In this document: positions 42,301-51,839 of the stretch, in pieces | Position numbering within the stretch: position 1 is the first letter of the stretch | Layout of the letters: each line of letters opens with the position of its first letter | Assembly (NCBI GenBank): GCA_008369845.1 | Contig: MRSU01009997.1 | Location: 1 to 54,894 of the forward strand | Source of the DNA: Trichomonas gallinae | Lineage: Eukaryota | DNA: 54,894 nt | Direction: 5' to 3' | Program-made: the position numbers and the translations under genes | The notes under the pieces: generated by a model | The model's input: the letters and a program-made list of their open reading frames with translations, nothing else | Database searches by the model: none | Told to the model about the DNA's origin: nothing

Positions 42301-45300
42301 AGCTTGGTAATTTTCTGTCATTTGAATGTCGAGTTTCTTGAGTTTTTGCTGCCTGACTCAGATGTTGGCCTTCCTGCTCTCAAAGATTATTTGGCTGGCA
42401 AATCTTTGTCCATTGATGCATTCATTACTCCAATGATCATCATTTGCCATGTGGATCCTCCTTCTTTCCTGCCTCCACCTTACAACTCTTTCACAAGAAT
42501 ATTCGAAGCGTTTTCAGCTCCGCCTTCCAACACAGAAAAATGGCTCGAAGATCTCTGCAAAGCTGTAATCGGTGGATCCCCGCAAGCATCAATCCGCGCG
42601 TGTTTGCAGCCAGCGATAACATCACCAGAATTCAGATTCGAGATCTTCCCAGTCGCGTTCTTATCATGCTGGAGAGACACACCTAAGGAGACACGAGTAG
42701 AATTCTCTAAAGTCATGGAAGCGATTTACACTGATGAAGTCAATCGTCCAGAACAAATTTTCCTGACTTTAGCAGAACTTTTGTTGAGGGCTGGAGTTCC
42801 ATTTGAAATATCTAACTTCACGCTATGCGAAGCCTGCCTTTCTCCAATGCAGTCCTGCAGATTTTTAGCCAAATACTACAACGAGTTTCCGAATGATACA
42901 AAAGCTATGGAAAAAATGCTCGAACTGAACACAAGACTGTCAAGGTACCATAACTCGCGCGGATTTTTGAAGTTGAAATGTGTCGATATACCATCTATCG
43001 CCAAATGGAATGAGAAACTCGGCCAGTGGGAGACAGCACTTCATATCTATGAAAGAGATGATCCGACAAACCTTCCGAAGATTTTAGAATGTTACGCGAA
43101 CTTGGAAAGATGGGAGGACATCAGAAAATTATCTGACCAGTTCCAGTATTTATCATCTGAGCATAAAAACGAGACGGCTTTGTGGTTCGCATGGGCTTCT
43201 CTGAAGTGCAATGATTTCAATGATGCTTCATCTTTCATGGCTTATTTGAACAACGATGAATCAAACCTAGAAACTGTTTTGTTCAAGTTGATTTATTTCG
43301 TTAAAAGCGATAACCAAGATGCAGCAGTTCGTTTACTTAAAACATCAATGCAGATGCTTGTGTCTGACTGTTCTATATACAGCTCACTTAATGCAAACAG
43401 GGCTGACACTAACTTGATTTATGCCAATCACTTTTTAGAGCTTGAAGAAGCCCTGAATATCAGGAAGGCGAAATCAAATAAGTTACCTGATATATGGGCA
43501 AGGAGGCTTGGATATATTTCAGGCGACAGCTCTTCATTCATGAGGCTCGTTGAGATAAGAAACTTAGTTGCTTCGCCAACAGCAAATCGCAGAACATATT
43601 TGAAGCTGCTGAGTATATTAGTTAAAGAGCGCAAATGGAATTTAGTTGACAGATTCCAGCCCCTTGTTTTAGAGCACATCGACAGCCCTCAAGTCCAAAT
43701 CTCTTACGTAAAAATATTATGGCATAGGGGAAAAGTAACTGAAGCCATTGATACCATTCATTTGCTAAATAGCATCCATTCAGTCACAGACAAAAACATG
43801 TTCATGGATTCGTTCAGCAATGTTCAACAGTCAGTCATGGACGCTTTATCGCGCGTTTTATCAACGAAAGAGTTCAAAGTTGAGCCAACACCAGAATCAT
43901 TCTATTCCTATGCATGCAGAGCAAGGAACTTGAACACGTTCACTGACAAGCAAAGAGCGAGAATGATAAGATTGGAAGCAACATGGATAGGCCAGGAATA
44001 TGCAGCAGAGAAAATTGACGTTTCGCTGGCAATGTTCGCTGAGTCATCGAAGATCTACGCGAATGACTACAGGACTTGGGCGAACTGGGCATATACTAGT
44101 GCAAAAGCTGTCGACCAAGACAGCAACTACAAATATGTGCAGATGGCGATGAACGGTTTCCTTCGTGCATCGATTTTGCACACCTCAAACACTTTGGAGT
44201 ATCTCTGCCAGTTGTTCAGTCTTTTGTTTAGATATGCAACAAAAATGAGCATCCAGCAAGATATTTTCGACAAAATCAGGGAGTTGCTTCCACCTGTCAT
44301 CGAGCAAATTTTACCGCAGATTGTTTGCCACATTTCACACATCGACGAGAAAGTTAGAAGCGTGGTCCATTCGCTTATTATAAACATTGCGGCGCAGCAC
44401 TTCCAGTCTGTCGTCTACCAGATACAACTGATAGCGAATGACCAGGAAAACGAAAAGAACACAATCGCGCACGATATATTGAACAAGATTTCACTGCCGC
44501 ACCCAGAGCTCGCAAAAGAAGCTTCGCAGATGGCGAGCGGACTTTCCAGATCAGCTGTCACTTACTATGATATATGGTACGCAAGAATCGACGAAGCATA
44601 TCATTTGGAGCTTGCAGGTGACCATGAGGGATCAATGAAGAAACTTAGATCAATGACACAAATGAGAGTTAACAAGCAATGCAAACTCGATCAAATTCAA
44701 CTGAAAAGTGTTGACACTCAATTCAACACCGTCATCAATGCTATCAACAAGAATCCAAAGACAGAATACGAGATCGGACAGATGTGGTCACCAGTCAGAC
44801 TCTTCTTCCAGTCAATCCGCGAAAAGATCAACAAGATGGATGTCGTTATGCTTGAAATGGTCTCGGAATACTTAGCCGAGAAAAGAAACTTCAAGCTTTC
44901 TATTCCAGGTACATATACAACAACGAACAGCGGGCCAAACATCTCTTATATCGATACCACACTTCCTGTTTTGACGACGCAGCAACATCCTAGAATTTTG
45001 TACATGCACGGATCAGACGGAAACAAGTGGAAGTTTTTGTTGAAAGGCAACGAAGATTTGAGACTCGATCAGAGAATTATGCAGTTCTTCAATTTGATAA
45101 ATACGCTCGTTATGTCTAACAAAGTCACGCAGAAGAACAACATAACGATCATCAACTACGCGATCACTCCGTTGGCCATAAATGCAGGTTTGATCTCATG
45201 GGTGACAGGAGCCGACACAATGCATCAGTTAATTACAGATCATAGACGCGCACAGAACAAACTCGCATCAGCTGAAAACGAAATTTTGACGAACTACGTA

Positions 45301-45972
45301 GGCAACTGCGGACCATCTCTCCTCGGAGTCCAGAAGCTTGAGATGTGGGACAAAGTGTCAGTCAACTGCCCAGCGACAGACTTGAGAGAGTATTTCTGGG
45401 CGAAGGCGTCAAATCCTGTCGCATGGCTTAGTTGCGTTGACACATTTTCACTAAGCACGGCACTGATGTCAATGGCAGGTTACGTTGTCGGTTTAGGCGA
45501 CCGTCATCCATCGAACATCATGATACAGAGGAAGAGAGGTCATGTCGTGCACATAGACTTCGGAGATTCATTCGAAGTCACCCAAACTAGACCGAAAATG
45601 CCAGAAAAAGTTCCTTTCAGGCTAACAAGGATGATTGTCAATGCGCTTGGCGTTTCAGGAACTGCAGGACAGTTTGCTGTCATGTGCGAGAACGTGCTAT
45701 ATATAATGAGGAAGAACAAATCCTCTATTTTCGCGCAACTAGAAATTTTCGTTCACGAGCCAATTTTCCAGTCGCGCGATGACCAAAACAAAGGTAACGC
45801 GATCATGAACAGAGTTTCTATGAAGTTGAACGGATTAGATCCATCCCTAGAGCCAGGAGTTGATGTCAGCCAAGAATTGTCCGTTGAAGAACAGGCAAGC
45901 AGACTTATTGCAATTGCAGCTGACCACACAAGATACGTCACTCACTACGATGGCTGGTGCCCATACTGGTGA
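39349..45972 (+). CDS. TOR: TOR-like PIKK kinase (HEAT-FAT-FRB-kinase-FATC)
   Basis: FLLKGNEDLRLDQRIMQ, GLGDRHPSN, HIDFGD, PEKVPFRLTRM, FATC ending YDGWCPYW, an FRB-like segment, 2207 aa. Confidence 0.93.
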   Translation: MAIPEITLYFPPDVDNSRQFHIWEERREELVHLFGHYLLMLTEAELIKKFENWESKLKELQYSDRGNNYLLALLYISILHYFTRSVDLIRANLNFMKKLLETKNRTQIMCAAQTFAWCASENQECIDFMRELLTRASKWITSQNTAFSALHVLFTAGNFLLPNVYEETTNNYKQLCTWLSCDDVDLQVMSAKVLKLHFKALKTNISQVNTLFSECLHKISTQSQNLYGSIRVIDHILQYYQNPNQAMEVIELVEQFPYLKYENLSFTWFFTLLKIVENKFLAIIITPDSAPRLLSTLFASCKKFMSIRLYEMLFQFFKAFNPSTFRSYLPNVIDFLANTVTEHRYPQICAIAFDSLSYLIDTFPNCIIFSPSFFLNAEPSPQYVCALRKSMRIFSDLKSTLVTKFREGISPRATIDQQILALTIFSQFTSHIFDNIEGVFDTISYLVKSPSTNVRLLMVSILPIFHNKKALDDLLFLALFDTEKSVRAGAVSQLKASHLEQLQLLSQILTDPSYTVRRNAIKLVAQVAPENPMLFYVPITMLVQQTMISMLTTSNPSVCQKISSLLPLIAQHLLSFCPSYIPQVIKVCYTFLCPEKYRTKDSKILSVIQRDMNHDGNLLISNTRPFDASCVNLNRVFEIENKHFIDKRDGDLFETLRCLSSHLGPYLDELMPIYLSVFSENRTELVYKSALNSLIEIVNKLEAASNIPSTQPTLPHTLITLLRAKPSEEVAILILKLLATFGITAYPRNNSVFDDGDENKYDFKSPSYYTDSMLSALVKILDEQHSCVFESVTSIFVYEYHQAVKFLAPIIKAYDKAIRSSKPKIRVQLFSQLEIICYYSGIRAASYAQTLTDLILDNISMPEALKVACVLSYFLKCEFIPYAPSIYQECTHILGMSKLGVSKELFRFLTYAVVFQNQPLDNFIFACEQRMLLKPSTDEITVMLNSLTTITHLSDVTFDCSRMARLCIPLLNSSIRPNVMQLLYSLVIFCHLNVEFLEFLLPDSDVGLPALKDYLAGKSLSIDAFITPMIIICHVDPPSFLPPPYNSFTRIFEAFSAPPSNTEKWLEDLCKAVIGGSPQASIRACLQPAITSPEFRFEIFPVAFLSCWRDTPKETRVEFSKVMEAIYTDEVNRPEQIFLTLAELLLRAGVPFEISNFTLCEACLSPMQSCRFLAKYYNEFPNDTKAMEKMLELNTRLSRYHNSRGFLKLKCVDIPSIAKWNEKLGQWETALHIYERDDPTNLPKILECYANLERWEDIRKLSDQFQYLSSEHKNETALWFAWASLKCNDFNDASSFMAYLNNDESNLETVLFKLIYFVKSDNQDAAVRLLKTSMQMLVSDCSIYSSLNANRADTNLIYANHFLELEEALNIRKAKSNKLPDIWARRLGYISGDSSSFMRLVEIRNLVASPTANRRTYLKLLSILVKERKWNLVDRFQPLVLEHIDSPQVQISYVKILWHRGKVTEAIDTIHLLNSIHSVTDKNMFMDSFSNVQQSVMDALSRVLSTKEFKVEPTPESFYSYACRARNLNTFTDKQRARMIRLEATWIGQEYAAEKIDVSLAMFAESSKIYANDYRTWANWAYTSAKAVDQDSNYKYVQMAMNGFLRASILHTSNTLEYLCQLFSLLFRYATKMSIQQDIFDKIRELLPPVIEQILPQIVCHISHIDEKVRSVVHSLIINIAAQHFQSVVYQIQLIANDQENEKNTIAHDILNKISLPHPELAKEASQMASGLSRSAVTYYDIWYARIDEAYHLELAGDHEGSMKKLRSMTQMRVNKQCKLDQIQLKSVDTQFNTVINAINKNPKTEYEIGQMWSPVRLFFQSIREKINKMDVVMLEMVSEYLAEKRNFKLSIPGTYTTTNSGPNISYIDTTLPVLTTQQHPRILYMHGSDGNKWKFLLKGNEDLRLDQRIMQFFNLINTLVMSNKVTQKNNITIINYAITPLAINAGLISWVTGADTMHQLITDHRRAQNKLASAENEILTNYVGNCGPSLLGVQKLEMWDKVSVNCPATDLREYFWAKASNPVAWLSCVDTFSLSTALMSMAGYVVGLGDRHPSNIMIQRKRGHVVHIDFGDSFEVTQTRPKMPEKVPFRLTRMIVNALGVSGTAGQFAVMCENVLYIMRKNKSSIFAQLEIFVHEPIFQSRDDQNKGNAIMNRVSMKLNGLDPSLEPGVDVSQELSVEEQASRLIAIAADHTRYVTHYDGWCPYW

Positions 45973-46451
45973 GTGAAACTTATTATAATTATCATGTTAT
46001 TATATTTTATATTTGTATTTATTTTTAATAAATCAGTAATATTTTGTTTGAGAAAAAAAATGATATATTTTGAAAGACCTCCAATTGTATATATACAGCA
46101 GTAGTGTAATACATGAAGTTTAGTCAAAGATTTCTGAAAAAATTGAAACAAATTTGAAAAAGTAGATTAAAGTCAAAATTAACGTATACAAACAATTATC
46201 CTACTGCTATATGCTCATTCAAATTAGAACTAAGTTCAATATTAGATTTGTAATTTTGAATTCCAATATTTTCTTTATTTAACTTGAAAACAATTATAAA
46301 TATACATGAGAATCAAAGTTATAATAATACCAACGCTATTTGACACTATTCTAACAGTTATTTCACATGATTTTGAAATACAGAACAAATAAACTCATAG
46401 TCTAATTAGATTACACTATCGATGTTTAATAAAAATACAAAAATATGCGAA

Positions 46452-47786
46452 TCATTCGAGTTCTTCAAGATATTCGCGGATTTTTTCGCATCTTAATTTG
46501 ATTTCCGAGTCTTCGCTTGAGCACAGATGATCAACTGTTTCATAGAAGTAATCCATTTCAATGTATTCTCTCGCGGTTTCATTTTGAGTTATTTCATAAA
46601 AATGCAGAATATGTTCAAAAGAATCAACGCAAATGAATGGATCATTTTCAACACCAAGGAGTAAATCCTCCAGCAATGACAAAATATTGTTATTAACTAA
46701 GACTTCAGTAAGATTTTCATCAGAAGAATTAAATATTCTAAAAATCAGTAAAAGAGAATGTTTTTTCATAAGTGGGACGTCAACACTGTGATATAAGTCG
46801 AATGCTCGTTGATATATGTTGGATTCAACGCAAATTGATGCAAAAGTTGGATTTTCGTAACCATTGGCTAATGCACTCATTGATTCCATGATATAATATG
46901 GATCATCTGAATCAATAAAATTTTTTAATTCCATCATCAAAACTTGAAATGTTTCTTGTTTTAATAAATCTGGTTTTGAAATCATTGATCCAACAAATCC
47001 AATATACTTATCAATTAACATTTTCTGGTCCTCAGATGATATACATGCGTGAACATATTTATTTAAAATGTTAAATTTTGGATGATTTATGATATTCTGG
47101 AAAAGAAGGGCTGAACGTTCAGACATTACTTTAAAAGCCAGTAGTATATGCTCCATTGTTTCAATTATAATGTTTTCTTGATCTTCTGATATATAATTAA
47201 ATAAAATAGAAATAAATGGCAAAATTTCTTGCTCAAATGCTGAAAAATTGCTCACTGCTGCTAAACAATCAATGTAATTTCTAATATCTTCAGGATTAGA
47301 CTCTAAAACAGCTTTCAAACGAAGTAAACATTCAGATTCAGCGAATTGGCGTGTTAAATCAAATGATGTATTCAACAAAGCAGGCAAAAATTGTACAATT
47401 TCGTATTCAGGAAAGTATGCTAATATTATTTCGAAAATTCCATTTTTTCTAAGTGTGTCAATGTAATCATTTGCCTTCCCTTGTATTATTGCGGCAATAA
47501 CGCGCGATGCTGCACATCTTACATCAGGATCTCTTTCGAATTGATCATCAAATAATTTTATTAAGATTTGTATTTCTAATTCTATAACTGAAATCTGATT
47601 ATCTGACTCTATCACAAAGATTTCATCTAAATAATCTATTCTATTTTCAGGATCTTGAAGTATTGATTTAAATAGCAAATGGAAATGTCTGTATTGCGCA
47701 ATATAATCGGGCGATAGATTGGATGCAACAGTTAAATCAGGTGCTTTACTATTTTTATTGTCAGTTTTGGACTCAATAGAATGCAT
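46452..47786 (-). CDS. ARM-repeat (importin-alpha-like fold) protein
   Basis: Segments DVRCAASRVIAAII, LRKNGIFEII and LVNNNILSLL, and terminal HLCSSEDSEIKLRCEKIREYL, are ARM-like. Confidence 0.7.
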   Translation of the reverse strand: MHSIESKTDNKNSKAPDLTVASNLSPDYIAQYRHFHLLFKSILQDPENRIDYLDEIFVIESDNQISVIELEIQILIKLFDDQFERDPDVRCAASRVIAAIIQGKANDYIDTLRKNGIFEIILAYFPEYEIVQFLPALLNTSFDLTRQFAESECLLRLKAVLESNPEDIRNYIDCLAAVSNFSAFEQEILPFISILFNYISEDQENIIIETMEHILLAFKVMSERSALLFQNIINHPKFNILNKYVHACISSEDQKMLIDKYIGFVGSMISKPDLLKQETFQVLMMELKNFIDSDDPYYIMESMSALANGYENPTFASICVESNIYQRAFDLYHSVDVPLMKKHSLLLIFRIFNSSDENLTEVLVNNNILSLLEDLLLGVENDPFICVDSFEHILHFYEITQNETAREYIEMDYFYETVDHLCSSEDSEIKLRCEKIREYLEELE

Positions 47787-47796
47787 TTCTGATTAA

Positions 47797-47975
47797 CCCC
47801 TAAATATATTTTCTAGACCCTCGTTTTTTTAATGTCCCCTAAATATATATTTCATGCCCTCTTTTTTATTTACCCCCTATATATGTTTTTCGGCCCCTTG
47901 TTTTTATTATTGTCCCCCAAATATATTTTTCAGGCCCTAGATTTTGATTCACCCCTAAATATATTTTTCTGTCCC
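47797..47975 (+). repeat. Degenerate tandem array of five 37-41 bp units (CCCCTAAATATATTTTTCNNGCCCT...)
   Basis: Units start at 47797, 47836, 47873, 47914 and 47952. Each has a second C-tract starting exactly 21 bp later. Confidence 0.9.
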
Positions 47976-48048
47976 TGGATATTAGAAAATTCATTCAAAC
48001 AGAGAAATTCTTCTTGAGAATACTGAAAAAGATCAATATTGTGCGCTG

Positions 48049-49236
48049 ATGATTCAAAAACAGCGCCTGATAATGCTTGCATATGAGGAATCTGATTTTA
48101 TTCGATTTAATTCTTTATTACTCGATTTTAAAAACAGTTTTACGATAAATGGCCCCAAAATACATAGTACATCTCAATTCATCATGTTCCTATTATCATT
48201 AATACAACAAAATTCAGATATTCAAGTAGAATGTTGCCAAGTTCTTGCAAGAATTATATCCAACGCTAACGATATTACAGAGCTATTAGATAATGCATCT
48301 ATTGAGATGATTGTTAATTTATTTCTTAATTCAACAAGAAATTTTCAATTCTTAATATTTATAACAATTTTAAACAATATAATTGTTAATATACCAGACA
48401 AAATATCAGAATTTGACATTTGTTATTTACATTTAGTTCAATACTTCGATCAAATAAATCCAAAAGATGTTATAACACTATTTATTTACAATTACGTTCA
48501 CAATATTAATGACAAATATGTGCAACAAGAAAAACTCTTAGAAATTTTTAATTTGACACAAAATATTTTTGATCAATCAATTAATTCGATTATTTCTTTG
48601 TATATTGATGCACTACATAATAATCCAGAATATATAACGCTTTTTATTGAAAATAACATTATTACTCATTATTCACGAAATTTTAATTTATTTCTTCCAG
48701 AAACACAATCATATATTCTCAGTTTCTTTTGTCACTGCATAATATGCGAGATCACAATGGGTATAGATGAGGCAATTATTTATCATATTCAAAAAATAAT
48801 TTTTGATTTTATTCCTAATTTTAATGAAACCAAATCCAAAGAATTACTAGACTGCATAGAAGTTATATGCGTCATGTCAGAAGATTTTTCACATGTAATT
48901 ACAAATAATTTTTTAGAAAGTTTAATTGAATCTTCAGATTCCCAAATTCTCATTGATAAGATATATAGAATAATAATAAGATTAGCAAATTTTAATTCAT
49001 TGCATGATATTCTTATTCAAAAAAATATTATCGAATTTATAGTAGATAACATCGATGTTTTACAAGAAACCGATGTTATAACATCAAGTTTAGTTCTGCT
49101 ACAACATTTCATGAATATTAATTCTTTTTCTTCTCATTTTGATAGGGAATCCTTTTCATCTAAGTCAGATTGGTTTTACTCATTTAATAACGAAGAAATA
49201 TCAACTCTTTTTGATTCAATATCAGATTCAAATTAA
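48049..49236 (+). CDS. Very AT-rich ARM/HEAT-like protein
   Basis: 395-aa ORF (alternative start ATG 48073) with segments IQVECCQVLARII, FIENNII and LIQKNIIEFI. Confidence 0.65.
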   Translation: MIQKQRLIMLAYEESDFIRFNSLLLDFKNSFTINGPKIHSTSQFIMFLLSLIQQNSDIQVECCQVLARIISNANDITELLDNASIEMIVNLFLNSTRNFQFLIFITILNNIIVNIPDKISEFDICYLHLVQYFDQINPKDVITLFIYNYVHNINDKYVQQEKLLEIFNLTQNIFDQSINSIISLYIDALHNNPEYITLFIENNIITHYSRNFNLFLPETQSYILSFFCHCIICEITMGIDEAIIYHIQKIIFDFIPNFNETKSKELLDCIEVICVMSEDFSHVITNNFLESLIESSDSQILIDKIYRIIIRLANFNSLHDILIQKNIIEFIVDNIDVLQETDVITSSLVLLQHFMNINSFSSHFDRESFSSKSDWFYSFNNEEISTLFDSISDSN

Positions 49237-49827
49237 TTTTGTTGATTTCATTAATGAAATCAAAAAATATAGAGCTATAGAAGGCACAAATCAGATCTAA
49301 ACAAATTAAAACGAGATTTATCTACAGTGATAAAAAAATGAATCTTTTTTCTCGATGGAAGAGAAATATACTCTTTGTAACACTAGCAAAATGAATCAAA
49401 TTGCATCTGAAGCTAATGTTTGCGTATCTCGAAATTGACAAGAGAAAATTATGAAATATTTTGCAATAATACATATACATAGAGCATTTATATGCCAATA
49501 TTTAAAGATCCTAAAAGTATTTTCATATATCACTACATAATCTTATTAAAACAAAGAATATTTGATGATGAAAAAAAGATATGGAAAATTAGAATCAAAG
49601 AACTTTAAATGTGTATCCTCCATATGTCACTGTACCTATATATTGAGTTTGGATCAAATTGCTTCAAATTAGTTTGATGATAAAAATTATTAAAACGTTG
49701 ATGAATGAAATTTGAAGGATAAGCTGTACTATTGATGAAAATTATGGTTTTGTGTTTATTTTGGAAATAAAAAATTAGACTTGTCACTTTTTATCAATTT
49801 TGTTTTTGTATTTGATTCATTAAAAAA

Positions 49828-51207
49828 ATGGCTGAAGAAACAAGTCTAGATGCTATTCTAGCATCAGATGAGTTGTCTTCAGACGTTTCCAACGTTGTAA
49901 GGCATAAAAATTTCATCCAATACTTGATGAAAGCGAATCCAACTTTATTGCTTTATATTTCAAAAAAATTCGACAAAATATGCGAAATCATATTTGACGA
50001 GCGTCATAAAGATGTGCGAGAAATCAGGCCATATCTAGCAATTCTCGAATGCAGCGTCATAGCGGTCAAAAGAACTCTAATCACTTCAACAAACTACGTA
50101 AATTACATTTTGGAATATCCCAGGAAGATCAAAGTCTATAATCCACCATCAGTGCATATATATTTTAGCTCGTTACCATACTTTATTTTGGATACATCGA
50201 ATGAACTTCTTCCCTTCTTCGCCAGCGGCGAATTTTTCGAGTCCATTGTGCAGAATTGCGATATACAAGAAGCTTTCATGTTCATGCGAAGCTGTTTGAG
50301 CTCAAAAGCAAAATCTTTTCGAAATTTTTTCCATCAAATTAATCTTCCAGCTCTTCTCATAATGTACGTAAACGGAAATACAGGAATGCATCTCAATGTT
50401 ATCAAGCTTTTCGAACAGATCGTTGACGATTATTCACGACAATGTGCAATTGCAGTTACAAGCTCAAATATTATTCCGCATTTAATCGAATCAGCGTTTC
50501 TACTAAATTGTAGTCAGCTCATAGACTTTTTAAACTTTTTGTACACGCAATCATATAAAAATAAAATAATGCCAGAATGGTTTTCAATTGAATTCCTGGT
50601 GGATGACAGGATACCAGAAGTCTGCGACTATTTGATGGGAACAACAAAATTCGATACAATGTGCAGAGCTTCTGCAAATATTATTATTACATATCTACAG
50701 GAAAGGCATCAGCAGTTTCCTAAAGTCATTCGCGTCACAGAAAAATTCGCGCGCGATATATTTAATAATCCAACAAACTCTTTTCTTCATAATACGGCGC
50801 TAAAATTTTTAGAATCTTTGAAAAAATTCCCAGAATCATTTGATAAAGTTATAGAAAGATCAAATTTATGCGAAAGCATTGTCAATGCTTATAAAAAGAG
50901 AAACACTGACGTTACAGCTTGTTATTGGGGCGTTTTACGCAAAATATCAGAAATGATCGATCATCCTATAGGTGTTTCTCAATCCGAATGGAACCTAGTT
51001 GTCAGCTCCAACCAAAAAATAGAACAAATAATATCAACTCCAAGTAAAGCGAAATTCATCACAAACAATGGTGATTTATATAAATACAGACGTACACCAT
51101 ATACACGAAAGTCTATTCTTAGATTCAGGCTTCCAAATGCAACTGAAATTTTCGCTGTTCTTGTAATAATCCTTGCATATTCATTATATTATCTCAACAA
51201 CAAATGA
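49828..51207 (+). CDS. SAPS-domain (Sit4/PP6 regulatory subunit-like) protein with C-terminal TM helix
   Basis: SLDAIL, NPTLLLYI, NPTNSFLHN (cf. YPWNNFLH) and YWGVLRKISEMI (cf. GYMGHLTRIAN). Hydrophobic tail IFAVLVIILAYSLYYL. Confidence 0.6.
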   Translation: MAEETSLDAILASDELSSDVSNVVRHKNFIQYLMKANPTLLLYISKKFDKICEIIFDERHKDVREIRPYLAILECSVIAVKRTLITSTNYVNYILEYPRKIKVYNPPSVHIYFSSLPYFILDTSNELLPFFASGEFFESIVQNCDIQEAFMFMRSCLSSKAKSFRNFFHQINLPALLIMYVNGNTGMHLNVIKLFEQIVDDYSRQCAIAVTSSNIIPHLIESAFLLNCSQLIDFLNFLYTQSYKNKIMPEWFSIEFLVDDRIPEVCDYLMGTTKFDTMCRASANIIITYLQERHQQFPKVIRVTEKFARDIFNNPTNSFLHNTALKFLESLKKFPESFDKVIERSNLCESIVNAYKKRNTDVTACYWGVLRKISEMIDHPIGVSQSEWNLVVSSNQKIEQIISTPSKAKFITNNGDLYKYRRTPYTRKSILRFRLPNATEIFAVLVIILAYSLYYLNNK

Positions 51208-51839
51208 AAATAATATCAAAACAAAAAATATTGTTAATTAAACAAAATTGTATTCTTTTATTTAATATATTTTATAACAAAATTAAATTGATCAAAAATA
51301 GTGTATAATAATGCAAACTATAGAATTTTATTCAATACTCATTAGATTTCGAGATACAAAAATAACGATGAAATTCAATTCTTTATTTCGAAATAGCTAT
51401 CAATAATAATGAAGTAAAACGATGATAAAAAGAGTAGACTTTATCTAAAACTTATTTAATGACTTTATAAAGGTATATTTTAGAAAGATTATTACGAATT
51501 ACTTAATATAACGAAGTTGATCAACTCTAGCATCATTTTTTATAGAAAATTCTGTATATCTCTACTAGTATCTGTAGCCTATTATATCATTTTAATCATC
51601 TTATCTATATTGTAACATCACACGTGATTTTTGTTTAATGATGTTTCTCTCGATAAAAAAAAATAATAACTTTTTCATTAGTCAGTTTCTTTCAAGAAGA
51701 ATTTTGTAATCATATCTTTTGTATTTATTAAGCTTCATGATAGTGTAGCCGCTTTATTATTGGATTTCGTCTGGTTGTGATACAGAAAAAAAAATTAGCT
51801 AATTTATCAATACAGAAACGTAAATCAATATTTTATATT

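Noticed and set aside
47797..47975. CRISPR array
   Set aside because: Units are degenerate, linkers are short T-rich near-repeats, there are no cas genes, and the context is eukaryotic.
47832..48017. 61-aa ORF MSPKYIF...
   Set aside because: It is simply a translation of the tandem array.
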